A stretch of 64,000 nt of DNA from a virus: positions 32,001-96,000 of IMG/VR virus record IMGVR_UViG_3300037189_006220; one strand, written 5' to 3'. The notes beneath the pieces were generated by a model. That model was not told the DNA's origin. It saw nothing but the letters and a program-made list of their open reading frames with translations, and did not search any database. The position numbers and the translations under genes are program-made. Of the stretch, positions 9,536 through 18,435 are shown in pieces. Each line of letters starts with the position of its first letter. The stretch's first letter is position 1.

Positions 9536-11359
9536 TTATCGGCGTGAGCCAATCGCGGTCAGAGCGTCCGCAGCTGCCTTGCCGATTGCGTCGGAGGCAC
9601 TCGTTGCCGAGCCTTCCATGCGAACGAACTTGGCGGTCTTGAGTCCGTCGGTAAACCGCTTGCCGAACATCGCGTCCTTGCCCGCTCCAATCCAAAGTAC
9701 CGCCACGCCTGACTGCTCACAACGCTTGAGCCACTTCTGCGCCGCGCGTACCTCGTTGCCACGGTAATAGCCGTCCGAGACGATAACCAAGAGCCTCGCC
9801 CCGGTTCCGTGGAGCAAGTTCATCTGACCGTCGAGTGCCATGAAAGCGTCGTCGAATCGCTCGGTTGCGTCCGGTGCCGAGTAGACGCGAACCTTCTCAA
9901 GGTGCTGACCGGGCTTGAGCGTAGCGAATACGCCCGAGCCGTAGTAGACCATGCTCGCCTTGCCCTGAATCCGTCGGACTGCCTCGGAGAGAATCCATGC
10001 GGCGCTCGCCATCGGTTTCATCGCGGAGTTCATCGAGCCGGAGATATCAACCATAACGCCAACGGTCAGCGTCGGGTCGTCTACGTTCTTGTGCTGTACG
10101 CGCTTGAAAGGCTGTTCGTTGCCGGTCAGCCCGCGAGACTTCAACGCCTCGCCCTGAACCAGCGCACGAGTGCGGAGTCGTCCCGGTGGGATATCGCTAC
10201 CCGAAACCACGCGGTCACGGTCACGGTACTTCGCCTTGTCGAGTGCCTTGCCAATCTTGACTGCCGAGGCTCGCTCGTCTGCCTTGGGCGCACGCTCTTC
10301 GACCAACTCGGAGTAAGTCGTAGCGCACTCGGTTGGGCCAGTCCCGGCACCGAATACTTCGCTCGCCTTTGCCTTAGCCTTGGAACGCTCCTCTGCCTTG
10401 GAGTTGGAAGACTCAACCTGTTCGCGGTAGTCCTCGGTGGTCTGCTGTTGCTCGACATCCATGTTGCCCTCAACCTCTGCGTTCTCAGCAGCATCCTTGA
10501 GTGCCTCCATGAGTGCCTTGGCAAACTTCTGTCCGGGAGTAGGCTCGCCACTCTCGCCCTCGCCAGCCTCGCCTTCGCCACCGCTCTCGCCCTCTTCCTC
10601 GCCAGCCTCTTCTTGAGCCTCAACGATAAGAGACTCCCAGAGTTCAGCCAGTTCGTACATGCGCTCAACGTGAGCCGTAGCGTCCAGAGTCTGGAACTCG
10701 CGCCATACACTGCGGAAGTCCTCGAACTTCTCGGGTGAGAGAACCGAATCCAGAATCGAACGGAAGACTTCAACATCGTCCTCAAGCAGAACGCCAGCGT
10801 CAACGCGAGCGTAGGTCAGTCCGAGAATGTGAGCTGCCTGTCGAACAGTAGACATCTTCGCCAGACCCTTCTCGTCAGTATCTCCGAGAACAATCTCCAG
10901 AGCGCAAGTACGCAGGAACGCCTTGTTGTCCGGGAAGTGCTGAATACCGCGTCGCTCAATGCGCGACTCCTCAAGAAGGTGGAGTGCCTCGAATGCTCGG
11001 GGAGTGAGTCGAGCCGCAGCTGTGGGCAAGTCCCACGTTGAGAACCGAGCGTGCATTGCCTCGTGGAAGATTGCGCCAGTTGCCTTGGGGAACTCGAACT
11101 GGTTGGTGCGCTGACGGAGGTCGCCAACCTGAACCGGGGTAACGTGACCGAAGGCAACAGTAGTGTTTACCTCGACCTGTGCGCTCGCCGGGTTGAAGGA
11201 CGCAGGTGCGCCGGAGGCTTTACTTGCCTCGCTCCCGATGTAAGCGATGATATCAGTGCGCTCTGCCCACTGGTTAACGATTGAACCAATCTGGCTACCA
11301 GTTGCGAGCCAGTCATAATCAGTTGCCGAAATCTCGACGGTAGTTCCGAAGTGCGTCAT
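9536..11359 (-). CDS. VWA/MIDAS protein with N-terminal HExxH domain (CobT/NorD-like MoxR partner)
   Basis: HEAMH, LEESRIE, acidic linker, GRL, VDISGSM MIDAS, IVSDG. Confidence 0.85.
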   Translation of the reverse strand: MTHFGTTVEISATDYDWLATGSQIGSIVNQWAERTDIIAYIGSEASKASGAPASFNPASAQVEVNTTVAFGHVTPVQVGDLRQRTNQFEFPKATGAIFHEAMHARFSTWDLPTAAARLTPRAFEALHLLEESRIERRGIQHFPDNKAFLRTCALEIVLGDTDEKGLAKMSTVRQAAHILGLTYARVDAGVLLEDDVEVFRSILDSVLSPEKFEDFRSVWREFQTLDATAHVERMYELAELWESLIVEAQEEAGEEEGESGGEGEAGEGESGEPTPGQKFAKALMEALKDAAENAEVEGNMDVEQQQTTEDYREQVESSNSKAEERSKAKAKASEVFGAGTGPTECATTYSELVEERAPKADERASAVKIGKALDKAKYRDRDRVVSGSDIPPGRLRTRALVQGEALKSRGLTGNEQPFKRVQHKNVDDPTLTVGVMVDISGSMNSAMKPMASAAWILSEAVRRIQGKASMVYYGSGVFATLKPGQHLEKVRVYSAPDATERFDDAFMALDGQMNLLHGTGARLLVIVSDGYYRGNEVRAAQKWLKRCEQSGVAVLWIGAGKDAMFGKRFTDGLKTAKFVRMEGSATSASDAIGKAAADALTAIGSRR

Positions 11360-11492
11360 TTTGGTTTCCTATTCCCTTGTTTGACTTTGTATCTACAACT
11401 TACACCCTGCGAGCGCAAGTTGTCAAATCGTCGTTTAGAAAAGTGGGTGCCGGGGAAACGACGAAGAAAACCCGGCACCCGATTCCGGCGAA

Positions 11493-12533
11493 TTAGATTC
11501 GAGCCGGAAGTGCGCTCTCACCGTAGGCACGAGAGAAAACGTCCTGAACAATTGGACGGTCAATCTCGGGTGCTACTGCGAGAAGATTGGCGATTGCGAA
11601 CTTAGTACCGTAGAGGCTCTCGGTCTTCTTGAAGGCGAGAAGTTCACGGAACTGCGGTGCCCAACTTACCTCGTCAGAGGCTTGTTTCTTGGCGAGGTTC
11701 TGCGCGGCGGTTACTGCTTGAGTTGGTACTCCCAACTTACGAGCGAGCGACCAGTCAGTCGTCATTTCAACCTGCAAGGTGAAACGCGAGAGAAGAGCCT
11801 CGGACAAGCGCACGCCGGGTGCGTTCGGGTTGGTCGCGCCGACGACGTAGAAACCGTCCTTCGCCTTGACCACGCCACGCTCCGGGTTCGCCGTCACGTT
11901 GTACTCTTTGCGTCCGTCCATAAGACCGTACACAATCGAGAGAACCTTGGGGTCAATCAGACCGACCTCATCGATGAGCAGTGGGGCACCAGCCTCAGCT
12001 GCTTTGATAAGAGGTCCGTCCTGCCAAGACCAGTCGCCACCCTCGGTGCGAACGTAGCCACCAACAAGGTCAGCAACTTCGGTATCGCCCGAGCCAAGAA
12101 CCGTAAACAGTTCTTCGCCAAAAGCAGCCTCGACCAGAGCAGTCTTACCGCAACCGGGTGCGCCGTACAGCAGTACGAACAGCCCCTCGTTACGAGCAGT
12201 CTTGAGAACCGAGACATCCTCGATGTCAGTCCACTTCCGGGTGTAGTAGTAGTCACCATTGGGACGCAGGTACTTGTCCTTGGTCTCGCCAGTGTTAGCC
12301 ACGCCAGTCACAGCAGGAGCCTCCACAGTTCCAGAAGTCGAACGAGTGCGTGCAACGCTACCCTTGTTTGCGTACTCATTAAGGATAGCAGTTACGCCAA
12401 CCGAAGACTGCAACATGGTTGCCCCGAGCAGTGTAGTGAGACCGGGGAACAGGTGTTCCACGTTTGGTTCTTGCGTGACCTTGCGAGCCATGTCTGCGCG
12501 AAGGATTTCGCGATTAACAATTGTGTGTGTCAT
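11493..12533 (-). CDS. MoxR-family AAA+ ATPase (CobS/CbbQ/NorQ-like)
   Basis: GAPGCGKT Walker A, WQDGPL, LLIDE Walker B, ATNP, LSEALLSRF. Confidence 0.9.
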   Translation of the reverse strand: MTHTIVNREILRADMARKVTQEPNVEHLFPGLTTLLGATMLQSSVGVTAILNEYANKGSVARTRSTSGTVEAPAVTGVANTGETKDKYLRPNGDYYYTRKWTDIEDVSVLKTARNEGLFVLLYGAPGCGKTALVEAAFGEELFTVLGSGDTEVADLVGGYVRTEGGDWSWQDGPLIKAAEAGAPLLIDEVGLIDPKVLSIVYGLMDGRKEYNVTANPERGVVKAKDGFYVVGATNPNAPGVRLSEALLSRFTLQVEMTTDWSLARKLGVPTQAVTAAQNLAKKQASDEVSWAPQFRELLAFKKTESLYGTKFAIANLLAVAPEIDRPIVQDVFSRAYGESALPARI

Positions 12534-12577
12534 TTCTTGTCCTTTGATTTCGTCGTTTAGTTAACGCTGTTGCGTTA

Positions 12578-13072
12578 CTAGAGAGTGTACCCTGCTGGTG
12601 CAGGAGTTGTCAAACTGACCGGCTCATTGAAGAGCGAGTCAGTGAATCCTCCCTCTTTACGAGCAACCAGTACTCGGCGGAGCAAAGCGTTCGGAGTCTT
12701 GGTGTCCGCGATGTCCATGAGGTCGTCAGTGGTCATTTCAACCATGAGCGGAGTCTTGTACATCAACCACTCGCCAGCTGCATAGCCGGAGAGGAACGAG
12801 GCGATTTCTCGAACCAGTGGTGCAGCGAGGTCAACAGCAACCTCGTAGTTCATCTCTGGCTCCATGATTGGGTCAGCCTTGGAACTGTAGAAACGCCATG
12901 AGCGACGCTGAACAGTGGGGTCGATGTTACGAGTGAGCAGTACCATTTTCTGGCGCATGCCAGTAATCGGGTTCATCATCGGAGGGATGACGAGTACCTG
13001 TGACGTGTCGCGCCCACGGCGCATTTCCATGTACAGGGCATTGCCTACAATTTTCTTTGCCATGAGTGGCAT
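12578..13072 (-). CDS. hypothetical protein upstream of the AAA/VWA pair
   Basis: ORF with AACGACGAAAGG leader. Confidence 0.7.
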   Translation of the reverse strand: MPLMAKKIVGNALYMEMRRGRDTSQVLVIPPMMNPITGMRQKMVLLTRNIDPTVQRRSWRFYSSKADPIMEPEMNYEVAVDLAAPLVREIASFLSGYAAGEWLMYKTPLMVEMTTDDLMDIADTKTPNALLRRVLVARKEGGFTDSLFNEPVSLTTPAPAGYTL

Positions 13073-13532
13073 TCCTTTCGTCGTTTTTGTCTTGCGCTTT
13101 CTGCGCTACTAGGTACCTTACACGACTACCGCTTGGATTGCAAATCCTAGACAACTATCGCATGTCGATACTGCATTGTGTTCCGAAACAAGAATCATTC
13201 CGGTGGGCGTTAAGTCAACGTCCTGAGAGAACTCTATCAGAGTATTGCATAGCTCGCAACTCATACTCAAGAACTCAGTGTTAGTAGCGTCGGGGCCGGA
13301 TTCGAGCAACCCAGCAATGTGCGCTAGCTCAACGTCGCGGGGAGATTTAACTACGTGTAGTTCTAGATGTTCCATGCCCGAGAGTCTATTACATATTTTT
13401 CCGTGTAACTGGAATTGAAAAAGCCCCCCGCAGGAAGGCAAAACCGCGGGAGGCTCTTTCGTGTAAGAAGCGTGCACAACCTCGTTGTTGTACACGGAAA
13501 AAATCTATCACACTTTTCCGTGTACTGCTGAA

Positions 13533-13751
13533 CTATTTCACGTTTCGTTTATGTGCCCAGTCCTTGGTCATGTGGTAGTGACCTTTGTTGAAAGCGCATT
13601 GATAGATGCGGACAGACTTTGAAGCGATTTGTCCAACCAGTGCCTTACGAGCATCGTGCTTTGTGCGGTAGCTGACCTTATCGGCTTCCTCGCAGAAGTC
13701 GCGACGGAGTCGCTCGGTTCCTTCTTCGTTTCCGGTTTCGTAATGATTCAT
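13533..13751 (-). CDS. small Zn-finger-like protein
   Basis: C..KVSY...YQC....HYHMT. Confidence 0.65.
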   Translation of the reverse strand: MNHYETGNEEGTERLRRDFCEEADKVSYRTKHDARKALVGQIASKSVRIYQCAFNKGHYHMTKDWAHKRNVK

Positions 13752-13763
13752 CTCGGTTCCCTT

Positions 13764-13979
13764 CTATCGGTTGATTATCCATGTCATCCCACTGTCATCG
13801 GTACGCAACTGCCCAGCTACGTGGCGCAACTGCATGATGGCACGGTTCGAAGACTGAGCATCCGGGTACGAGTCGAAGATGTACTGCCGTTGGTACCCGT
13901 TCTCACGGAACTTCTTCCGTTCCATCTCGAGCAGGTCGAGCAGGAAGGCGTGTAGGGATATCGGTTGCATGCGTCCCAT
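13764..13979 (-). CDS. hypothetical protein
   Basis: ORF in gene run. Confidence 0.5.
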   Translation of the reverse strand: MGRMQPISLHAFLLDLLEMERKKFRENGYQRQYIFDSYPDAQSSNRAIMQLRHVAGQLRTDDSGMTWIINR

Positions 13980-14011
13980 ACTACCCGCACGCCCCCCTCA
14001 GGTCAAGTCGG

Positions 14012-14803
14012 TCAATTACCGTTTACACGGAAAAAGTGCGGTTGGCGTTTCGCAAGCTCGGTTAGCGTGTGTTCGTCCGGTTCACCCGTTGCATTGATGA
14101 GTCCGATGCTCCGTTGGAACTTCGCGAGCGCGGACTTCGTCTTCGCGTTGAAGATGGCGCGGTCTGCGTTGCGTAGTCCAACTTCAGCGGAAAGCGCATA
14201 CTGAACCGCTTCAACCGCACGCCGTATATCCGGCTTGGCGCTCGCCGTTGCTTGAGCGGTGGTGCATCGGTTGAGATGTGCGGGGAGCACGGTTATTAAG
14301 TTTGATTTTTCCGTGTAACCGTTGGCGCTCGCCGGTTTCTTTTTCGGACGGGCAAATCCCAGAACGTCATACTCATGCCGTTGACGTTCATAGATTCCGT
14401 CATTAGCGGTTCCACCCTGCGGAAGTCCCGTTGAGACTTGCGCTTCCACTGAGCGGAACATACGGTGCTTCCGCCAGCTGGAAACATCGGTTACGATGCC
14501 AACGTGCGGAGCGGACATGTTGTCACCCGTTGTGAAGTTGAAGAACACAATATCACCCGGTTTAGGTACACGGAAAATACGGTTGCTCTGGATGTACTCT
14601 GCGAGCGCGGTTACCGTGTGCGCGTGCGAGATGCCGTTGTAGTCGGTTTCGTGTAGCACGGTATCAATGAAGGAACCGTCCCAGTTGAACTGCGAACCAT
14701 TATAACCCGTTGCTGAGCCGAACGGTGTTAGCCCGTTACGCGCGGTGAACCCGACGTAAGTGCTCGCCGTCTCTACTAGCGGGTGTGCCTTAAGCTTTCT
14801 CAT
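14012..14803 (-). CDS. CHAP-like protein with C-terminal peptidoglycan-binding-like region; catalytic Cys absent
   Basis: WDGSFI (expected WCxxF), PKPGDIVFF, HVGIV, LGFARP; TKSALAKFQRSIGL..TG. Confidence 0.7.
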   Translation of the reverse strand: MRKLKAHPLVETASTYVGFTARNGLTPFGSATGYNGSQFNWDGSFIDTVLHETDYNGISHAHTVTALAEYIQSNRIFRVPKPGDIVFFNFTTGDNMSAPHVGIVTDVSSWRKHRMFRSVEAQVSTGLPQGGTANDGIYERQRHEYDVLGFARPKKKPASANGYTEKSNLITVLPAHLNRCTTAQATASAKPDIRRAVEAVQYALSAEVGLRNADRAIFNAKTKSALAKFQRSIGLINATGEPDEHTLTELAKRQPHFFRVNGN

Positions 14804-14859
14804 CCGTCGATTTTTCCGTGTAAGGGTCGGGCACGCCTCGCCCGCAGGTGCACTGTCCG

Positions 14860-15051
14860 TTACACATTATAGGAACCCTTCTCTGCGTTACACAACGCTT
14901 CGAGCAATTCTACCAGACGGTTAGCCTCGAACGCAAGCTGAGTCAAGCGCACATGCTCAAGTCGAGTTGTTGCATTTTTAATGTCGCGTGAAAGATTATC
15001 CGCGTGCACCCTTGCGCTCGCCGTTACCTCTTCTAGCTCAGGCATCTTCAT
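14860..15051 (-). CDS. hypothetical protein
   Basis: ORF overlapping the upstream stop. Confidence 0.55.
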   Translation of the reverse strand: MKMPELEEVTASARVHADNLSRDIKNATTRLEHVRLTQLAFEANRLVELLEALCNAEKGSYNV

Positions 15052-15979
15052 CTTCTTCCACTTCGACGGTTACATAACCGTAGTTGGACGCATCTGCTTC
15101 TTCATCAGACGGTTCGTCTTTTGATTCTATAACAATAATGTCATCTTCGTTGTTGCGACTCACTAGTGACGGTTGTAAGCGATTAAGCCGTTCCATAATT
15201 AGCTCGGCTGCGGGACGGACTTCAACTTCGAGTTTACCGTCGATTTCAATTCCGCCTCGCACGCCAGCACGGTCAAGGAGTTCGGTTGCAGCTTTCAGCT
15301 TGACGGGTTCAGACTCAGCGGTTTCCATCAGGTGTTCGAGAATCTCTACTGCCTTAGGTGCTGATTGGTATACCCGTTCGCGTGCGCGGGCAACAGCCCC
15401 GGAGGTATTGCTCGCCCGTGTGCCCAAGTGGACTCGACACAGGTCGTCGTCATTGGTTCGCCCCGTTGTCCACATCATGCATCGCACGCCGTCTGATTTA
15501 ATCTTTCGGCATCGAGCGGGCGGGCCAGAGAACTGCGGTGACTTCTTCGGGTCGGTCTTCCTCGCCTCTCGAATCCGAATCCATGTGCGGGTCGCCTGTG
15601 ATACCCACATCGGAATAAGGTGGTCGGCTTGTTCCTCAACAAGGAGAGCTTCCTCGGTTAGGTAGTCCGAGTTTTTGTCGCGCTCGTCGGTTAGTATAAT
15701 ACGCCGGTCTTCTAGAGAGCGAGCGGTCTTCGCCTGTTCCATCTCCGGGGAGAGTACGCGGATGTTGCCGGTTGGCTGACCGTTGTCATTATAAATAACT
15801 TGGTAACCCATGCGAGTAGCTCGGAGGATGGAGCGGTTCTCGTAGGAGTCTTCGCACACGCCGCGTTCTACTTCTTCGATGCCGTAGAGACTGAGGTCGG
15901 GGCGGAGGTCGAAGGGTGCGTCGGATAAGTCAGCATATTCCATATCAGGAATATCTTCTTTGTCAAGCTCTGATGACAT
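15038..15979 (-). CDS. terminase small subunit-like protein
   Basis: RC....DG.RC...LCRVH Zn motif followed by APKAVEILEHLM...VKLKAATELLDRAG helical motif. Confidence 0.55.
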   Translation of the reverse strand: MSSELDKEDIPDMEYADLSDAPFDLRPDLSLYGIEEVERGVCEDSYENRSILRATRMGYQVIYNDNGQPTGNIRVLSPEMEQAKTARSLEDRRIILTDERDKNSDYLTEEALLVEEQADHLIPMWVSQATRTWIRIREARKTDPKKSPQFSGPPARCRKIKSDGVRCMMWTTGRTNDDDLCRVHLGTRASNTSGAVARARERVYQSAPKAVEILEHLMETAESEPVKLKAATELLDRAGVRGGIEIDGKLEVEVRPAAELIMERLNRLQPSLVSRNNEDDIIVIESKDEPSDEEADASNYGYVTVEVEEDEDA

Positions 15980-16089
15980 GGGGATATATTCTCCAAAACG
16001 AATATTTGGCGCGCGGTGCGAGACGGAAGGCATTTTGCCCTCAAACCCTAATAATACACCCCTGTTTATAAAGGTGATTTCCGGCTTTT

Positions 16090-16374
16090 TTAGTTCTGAC
16101 GTTTTGGCGGTTGAATGTTGTATTGCTGACGGTGAATCTTTATAGACTTACGGCACTTGTTGCACTTACAACTGGGCCATTTCTGACCCTTATTCTCATT
16201 ACACTTGCGACAAGAAATGACATAGTTAAACCGTTCCGAGCGACCACCGAGACTCGATGGCACGATGTGGTCTACGGTTCTGTCGCGGTGGACTTTGATT
16301 TCAGACTCGCAGTAATGGCAGAACTCGGGGGGGTCGCCGGGGAGATGTCTCCGTGCTCCGTGCCTATTTCCCAT
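16090..16374 (-). CDS. HNH endonuclease
   Basis: CHYC...TVDHIVP..GG...N...CRKCNENKG. Confidence 0.9.
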   Translation of the reverse strand: MGNRHGARRHLPGDPPEFCHYCESEIKVHRDRTVDHIVPSSLGGRSERFNYVISCRKCNENKGQKWPSCKCNKCRKSIKIHRQQYNIQPPKRQN

Positions 16375-16379
16375 AAACG

Positions 16380-16706
16380 CTAGAGGATAACGTGGCTAGA
16401 CAGCAGAGCATCCAGAGCACCTCGCGGTTTAGCTCCGGGAATCCGAGTCACAATCTCGGCATTGTTGATAAGCAACATAGTTGGAATGGAGTTGATGCTG
16501 TATTGCTTTCCAAGTTCTGGTTCTTCGTCAATGTTTACTTTGACAATCTTGAGGTTGTCACCGTATTGGTCAGCAAGAGAATCGAGAATGGGGTTCATCG
16601 CGTTGCACGGACCACACCATTCTGCCCAAAAATCAACCAACACGAATCCGTGGTGGAGGACTACATCTTGCTCAAATGTCTCAGTCGTTGTCTTCACTAC
16701 TGGCAT
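16380..16706 (-). CDS. trxA: thioredoxin
   Basis: VLVDFWAEWCGPC, SIPT. Confidence 0.95.
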   Translation of the reverse strand: MPVVKTTTETFEQDVVLHHGFVLVDFWAEWCGPCNAMNPILDSLADQYGDNLKIVKVNIDEEPELGKQYSINSIPTMLLINNAEIVTRIPGAKPRGALDALLSSHVIL

Positions 16707-16902
16707 TGTCGTCTCCTTCAGTTTCTGGTTCTGCGTCGTCATTTAATTTTACAGGTTCAGAGCCATGCTTAGAAAAGTTGTCGCAAACATTACAGCCACA
16801 GATATATTCTTTGCCAGCCCACTCAAGAACTGGCAAACATTCAGCATGACTGTTGGTGATGCACCAGCCACAGGGTGCTTTCATAAAGACTTTCTCAGCC
16901 AT
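16681..16902 (-). CDS. small Cys-rich protein
   Basis: CGWC...H..C...CGC..C. Confidence 0.55.
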   Translation of the reverse strand: MAEKVFMKAPCGWCITNSHAECLPVLEWAGKEYICGCNVCDNFSKHGSEPVKLNDDAEPETEGDDNASSEDND

Positions 16903-16917
16903 GACCTATCCGTTCTG

Positions 16918-17262
16918 TTAGTTAAGCGGTGGGTCAATCTTACTGGAGATAGAGTCTTCTAGCAAACCTGATACTCGAATCTTGCTTTTGTTGTACCACT
17001 GGAACACAGCATCGGTTACTTCATTAAACGAGTAATCCGAAAGATTCTCAGAGTCTGCCGGATTGACGACTGCTAATCGGAAGAGTTTTATCATACGACC
17101 TAATTGCTCAGGTCCACCGACGCTCATCATTTCTTCGACACTCGATACGGGCATCTCATAAAGCTCAATAGCCTCTAGTGAGATGTTCTTAGTCTCGATA
17201 TGAACAGTCTTAATATCAATCTCGAAATCATCAAGTTCGCTCACTTGGAATCCACCTCCCAA
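16918..17262 (-). CDS. hypothetical protein, paralog of 26919..27215
   Basis: Shared L.EMP...MI.L...A..D/N pattern. Confidence 0.6.
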   Translation of the reverse strand: MGGGFQVSELDDFEIDIKTVHIETKNISLEAIELYEMPVSSVEEMMSVGGPEQLGRMIKLFRLAVVNPADSENLSDYSFNEVTDAVFQWYNKSKIRVSGLLEDSISSKIDPPLN

Positions 17263-17608
17263 ACTCGTCTCGTTCTACAGCGGGAAACATACTCGACGCT
17301 GGAACTGCCCAAGTCGAACTCTTACCAAGAGTCGTACCAAGTGTGTACTCAGTGGAGTAAAGAAGCCTAGGTAACTCAAGCACTGCTCCTCCTCCAAAGT
17401 ATCCAAGAACAAAGTTCGATAGCTCGACTCCGCCATGATACTCAACATAAGTCATAAGCTCCTCGACGGTACTGCCGTTGAACTTAAAAATCTTAACTGC
17501 GCCTCGGGTAATATCCTCACCGGCAAGTTCTTCTAGCTTGCTTAGAAAATGCTCGGCAGTTCCGGGAGTTAGGAAGACAGCTCCATAGTTGAAGTCACTC
17601 GTTGTCAT
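17231..17608 (-). CDS. hypothetical protein
   Basis: ORF with overlapping start/stop. Confidence 0.6.
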   Translation of the reverse strand: MTTSDFNYGAVFLTPGTAEHFLSKLEELAGEDITRGAVKIFKFNGSTVEELMTYVEYHGGVELSNFVLGYFGGGAVLELPRLLYSTEYTLGTTLGKSSTWAVPASSMFPAVERDEFGRWIPSERT

Positions 17609-18104
17609 CCCACATACGCTCCAGCGTCTCTTGCTTAATCAAGGGCATTTCATCTGCGGTCTGCAACAGAACAGCGCAAGCACACGCAACAGAATGTCCA
17701 ACATTCTCTTCCATGTACAACAAGAAGTCTACAACAGAATTATTCTTTGGTGCCTCGAAAAACAAATACTTAATCGCAGGGTCAGTAGCAATCGAACCGT
17801 ATCCTTTCCACAAGGCTCCAACCAGAAACTCAGCCGTGCCAATCTCCAGATACTCTTCCTCCCGAAGAGTCATCTGAATCATCTCCGGTTCCCGGCTCTC
17901 CGGCTCCTTCGATTCCAGCATCTCCAAATAGTCCGTAGCCTCCCGGTTGGGATTGTTCCCAGAGGTATCGGTCTTCGGAGTTGCAGATGCCACAGAGGAG
18001 TATCGTCTTTCCGACGAACTCCCGAATCTCTCTCTGAGTTTTGCCCTCAGAGTCTGTAGCCAGCGCAACAAAGTCTCCATCCCACTCAAGACCGCAACGG
18101 TCAC
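17595..18104 (-). CDS. hypothetical protein (true start probably near 17880-17930)
   Basis: C-terminal half fills the gap between neighbouring genes. Confidence 0.45.
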   Translation of the reverse strand: MTVAVLSGMETLLRWLQTLRAKLRERFGSSSERRYSSVASATPKTDTSGNNPNREATDYLEMLESKEPESREPEMIQMTLREEEYLEIGTAEFLVGALWKGYGSIATDPAIKYLFFEAPKNNSVVDFLLYMEENVGHSVACACAVLLQTADEMPLIKQETLERMWDDNE

Positions 18105-18435
18105 AAGTGTCTATCAACCATTCTACCCAGACTCCAACCTCACGAGCTTTTCGCAATCCACCAGTAAGCGGATGTTCTAGTGGCTTATCCACCCAATGGT
18201 GTCGCTTAAAGAATCGCGCATAAGTCTTAGTCATGCTCGAACCGTCAGGATTTTCCTCGACTCGCAACACAGCACGGCATCCGCCTACCTCAGAAACACA
18301 GTGGCATTTCTGCGGATAGACAACGCTACATCGAGCGTACTCAGTCTTAGCAAGTTCATGTCTAGACACGGGATGTCCACAGACACATACGTCAAAGTAG
18401 GTAAATCCCGCGTCTGGGATTAAGCGCCGTTCCAT
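17830..18435 (-). CDS. multi-Zn-finger protein (paralog A)
   Basis: CVCGH..RH, C..CHC, CDRC, CGIC. Confidence 0.7.
   Translation of the reverse strand: MERRLIPDAGFTYFDVCVCGHPVSRHELAKTEYARCSVVYPQKCHCVSEVGGCRAVLRVEENPDGSSMTKTYARFFKRHHWVDKPLEHPLTGGLRKAREVGVWVEWLIDTCDRCGLEWDGDFVALATDSEGKTQREIREFVGKTILLCGICNSEDRYLWEQSQPGGYGLFGDAGIEGAGEPGTGDDSDDSSGGRVSGDWHG

Larger units (their letters stand above)
41..14823. repeat. dispersed 12-bp motif TTTTCCGTGTAA/TTACACGGAAAA, 17 copies
   Basis: Exact or near-exact copies at 41, 1342, 1620, 3440, 4262, 5194, 5851, 8322, 8863, 8890, 13397, 13490, 13514, 14023, 14307, 14566, 14812. Confidence 0.9.

Noticed and set aside
9809-12560. Long plus-strand ORFs (9809..10738, 11682..12560) and similar antisense ORFs elsewhere
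   Set aside because: Shadow frames of well-supported minus-strand genes with no motifs of their own.
41-14823. 12-bp repeats as a CRISPR array or integron attC sites
   Set aside because: Too short, irregularly spaced, in mixed orientation and inside CDSs; no integrase or cas operon in the window.
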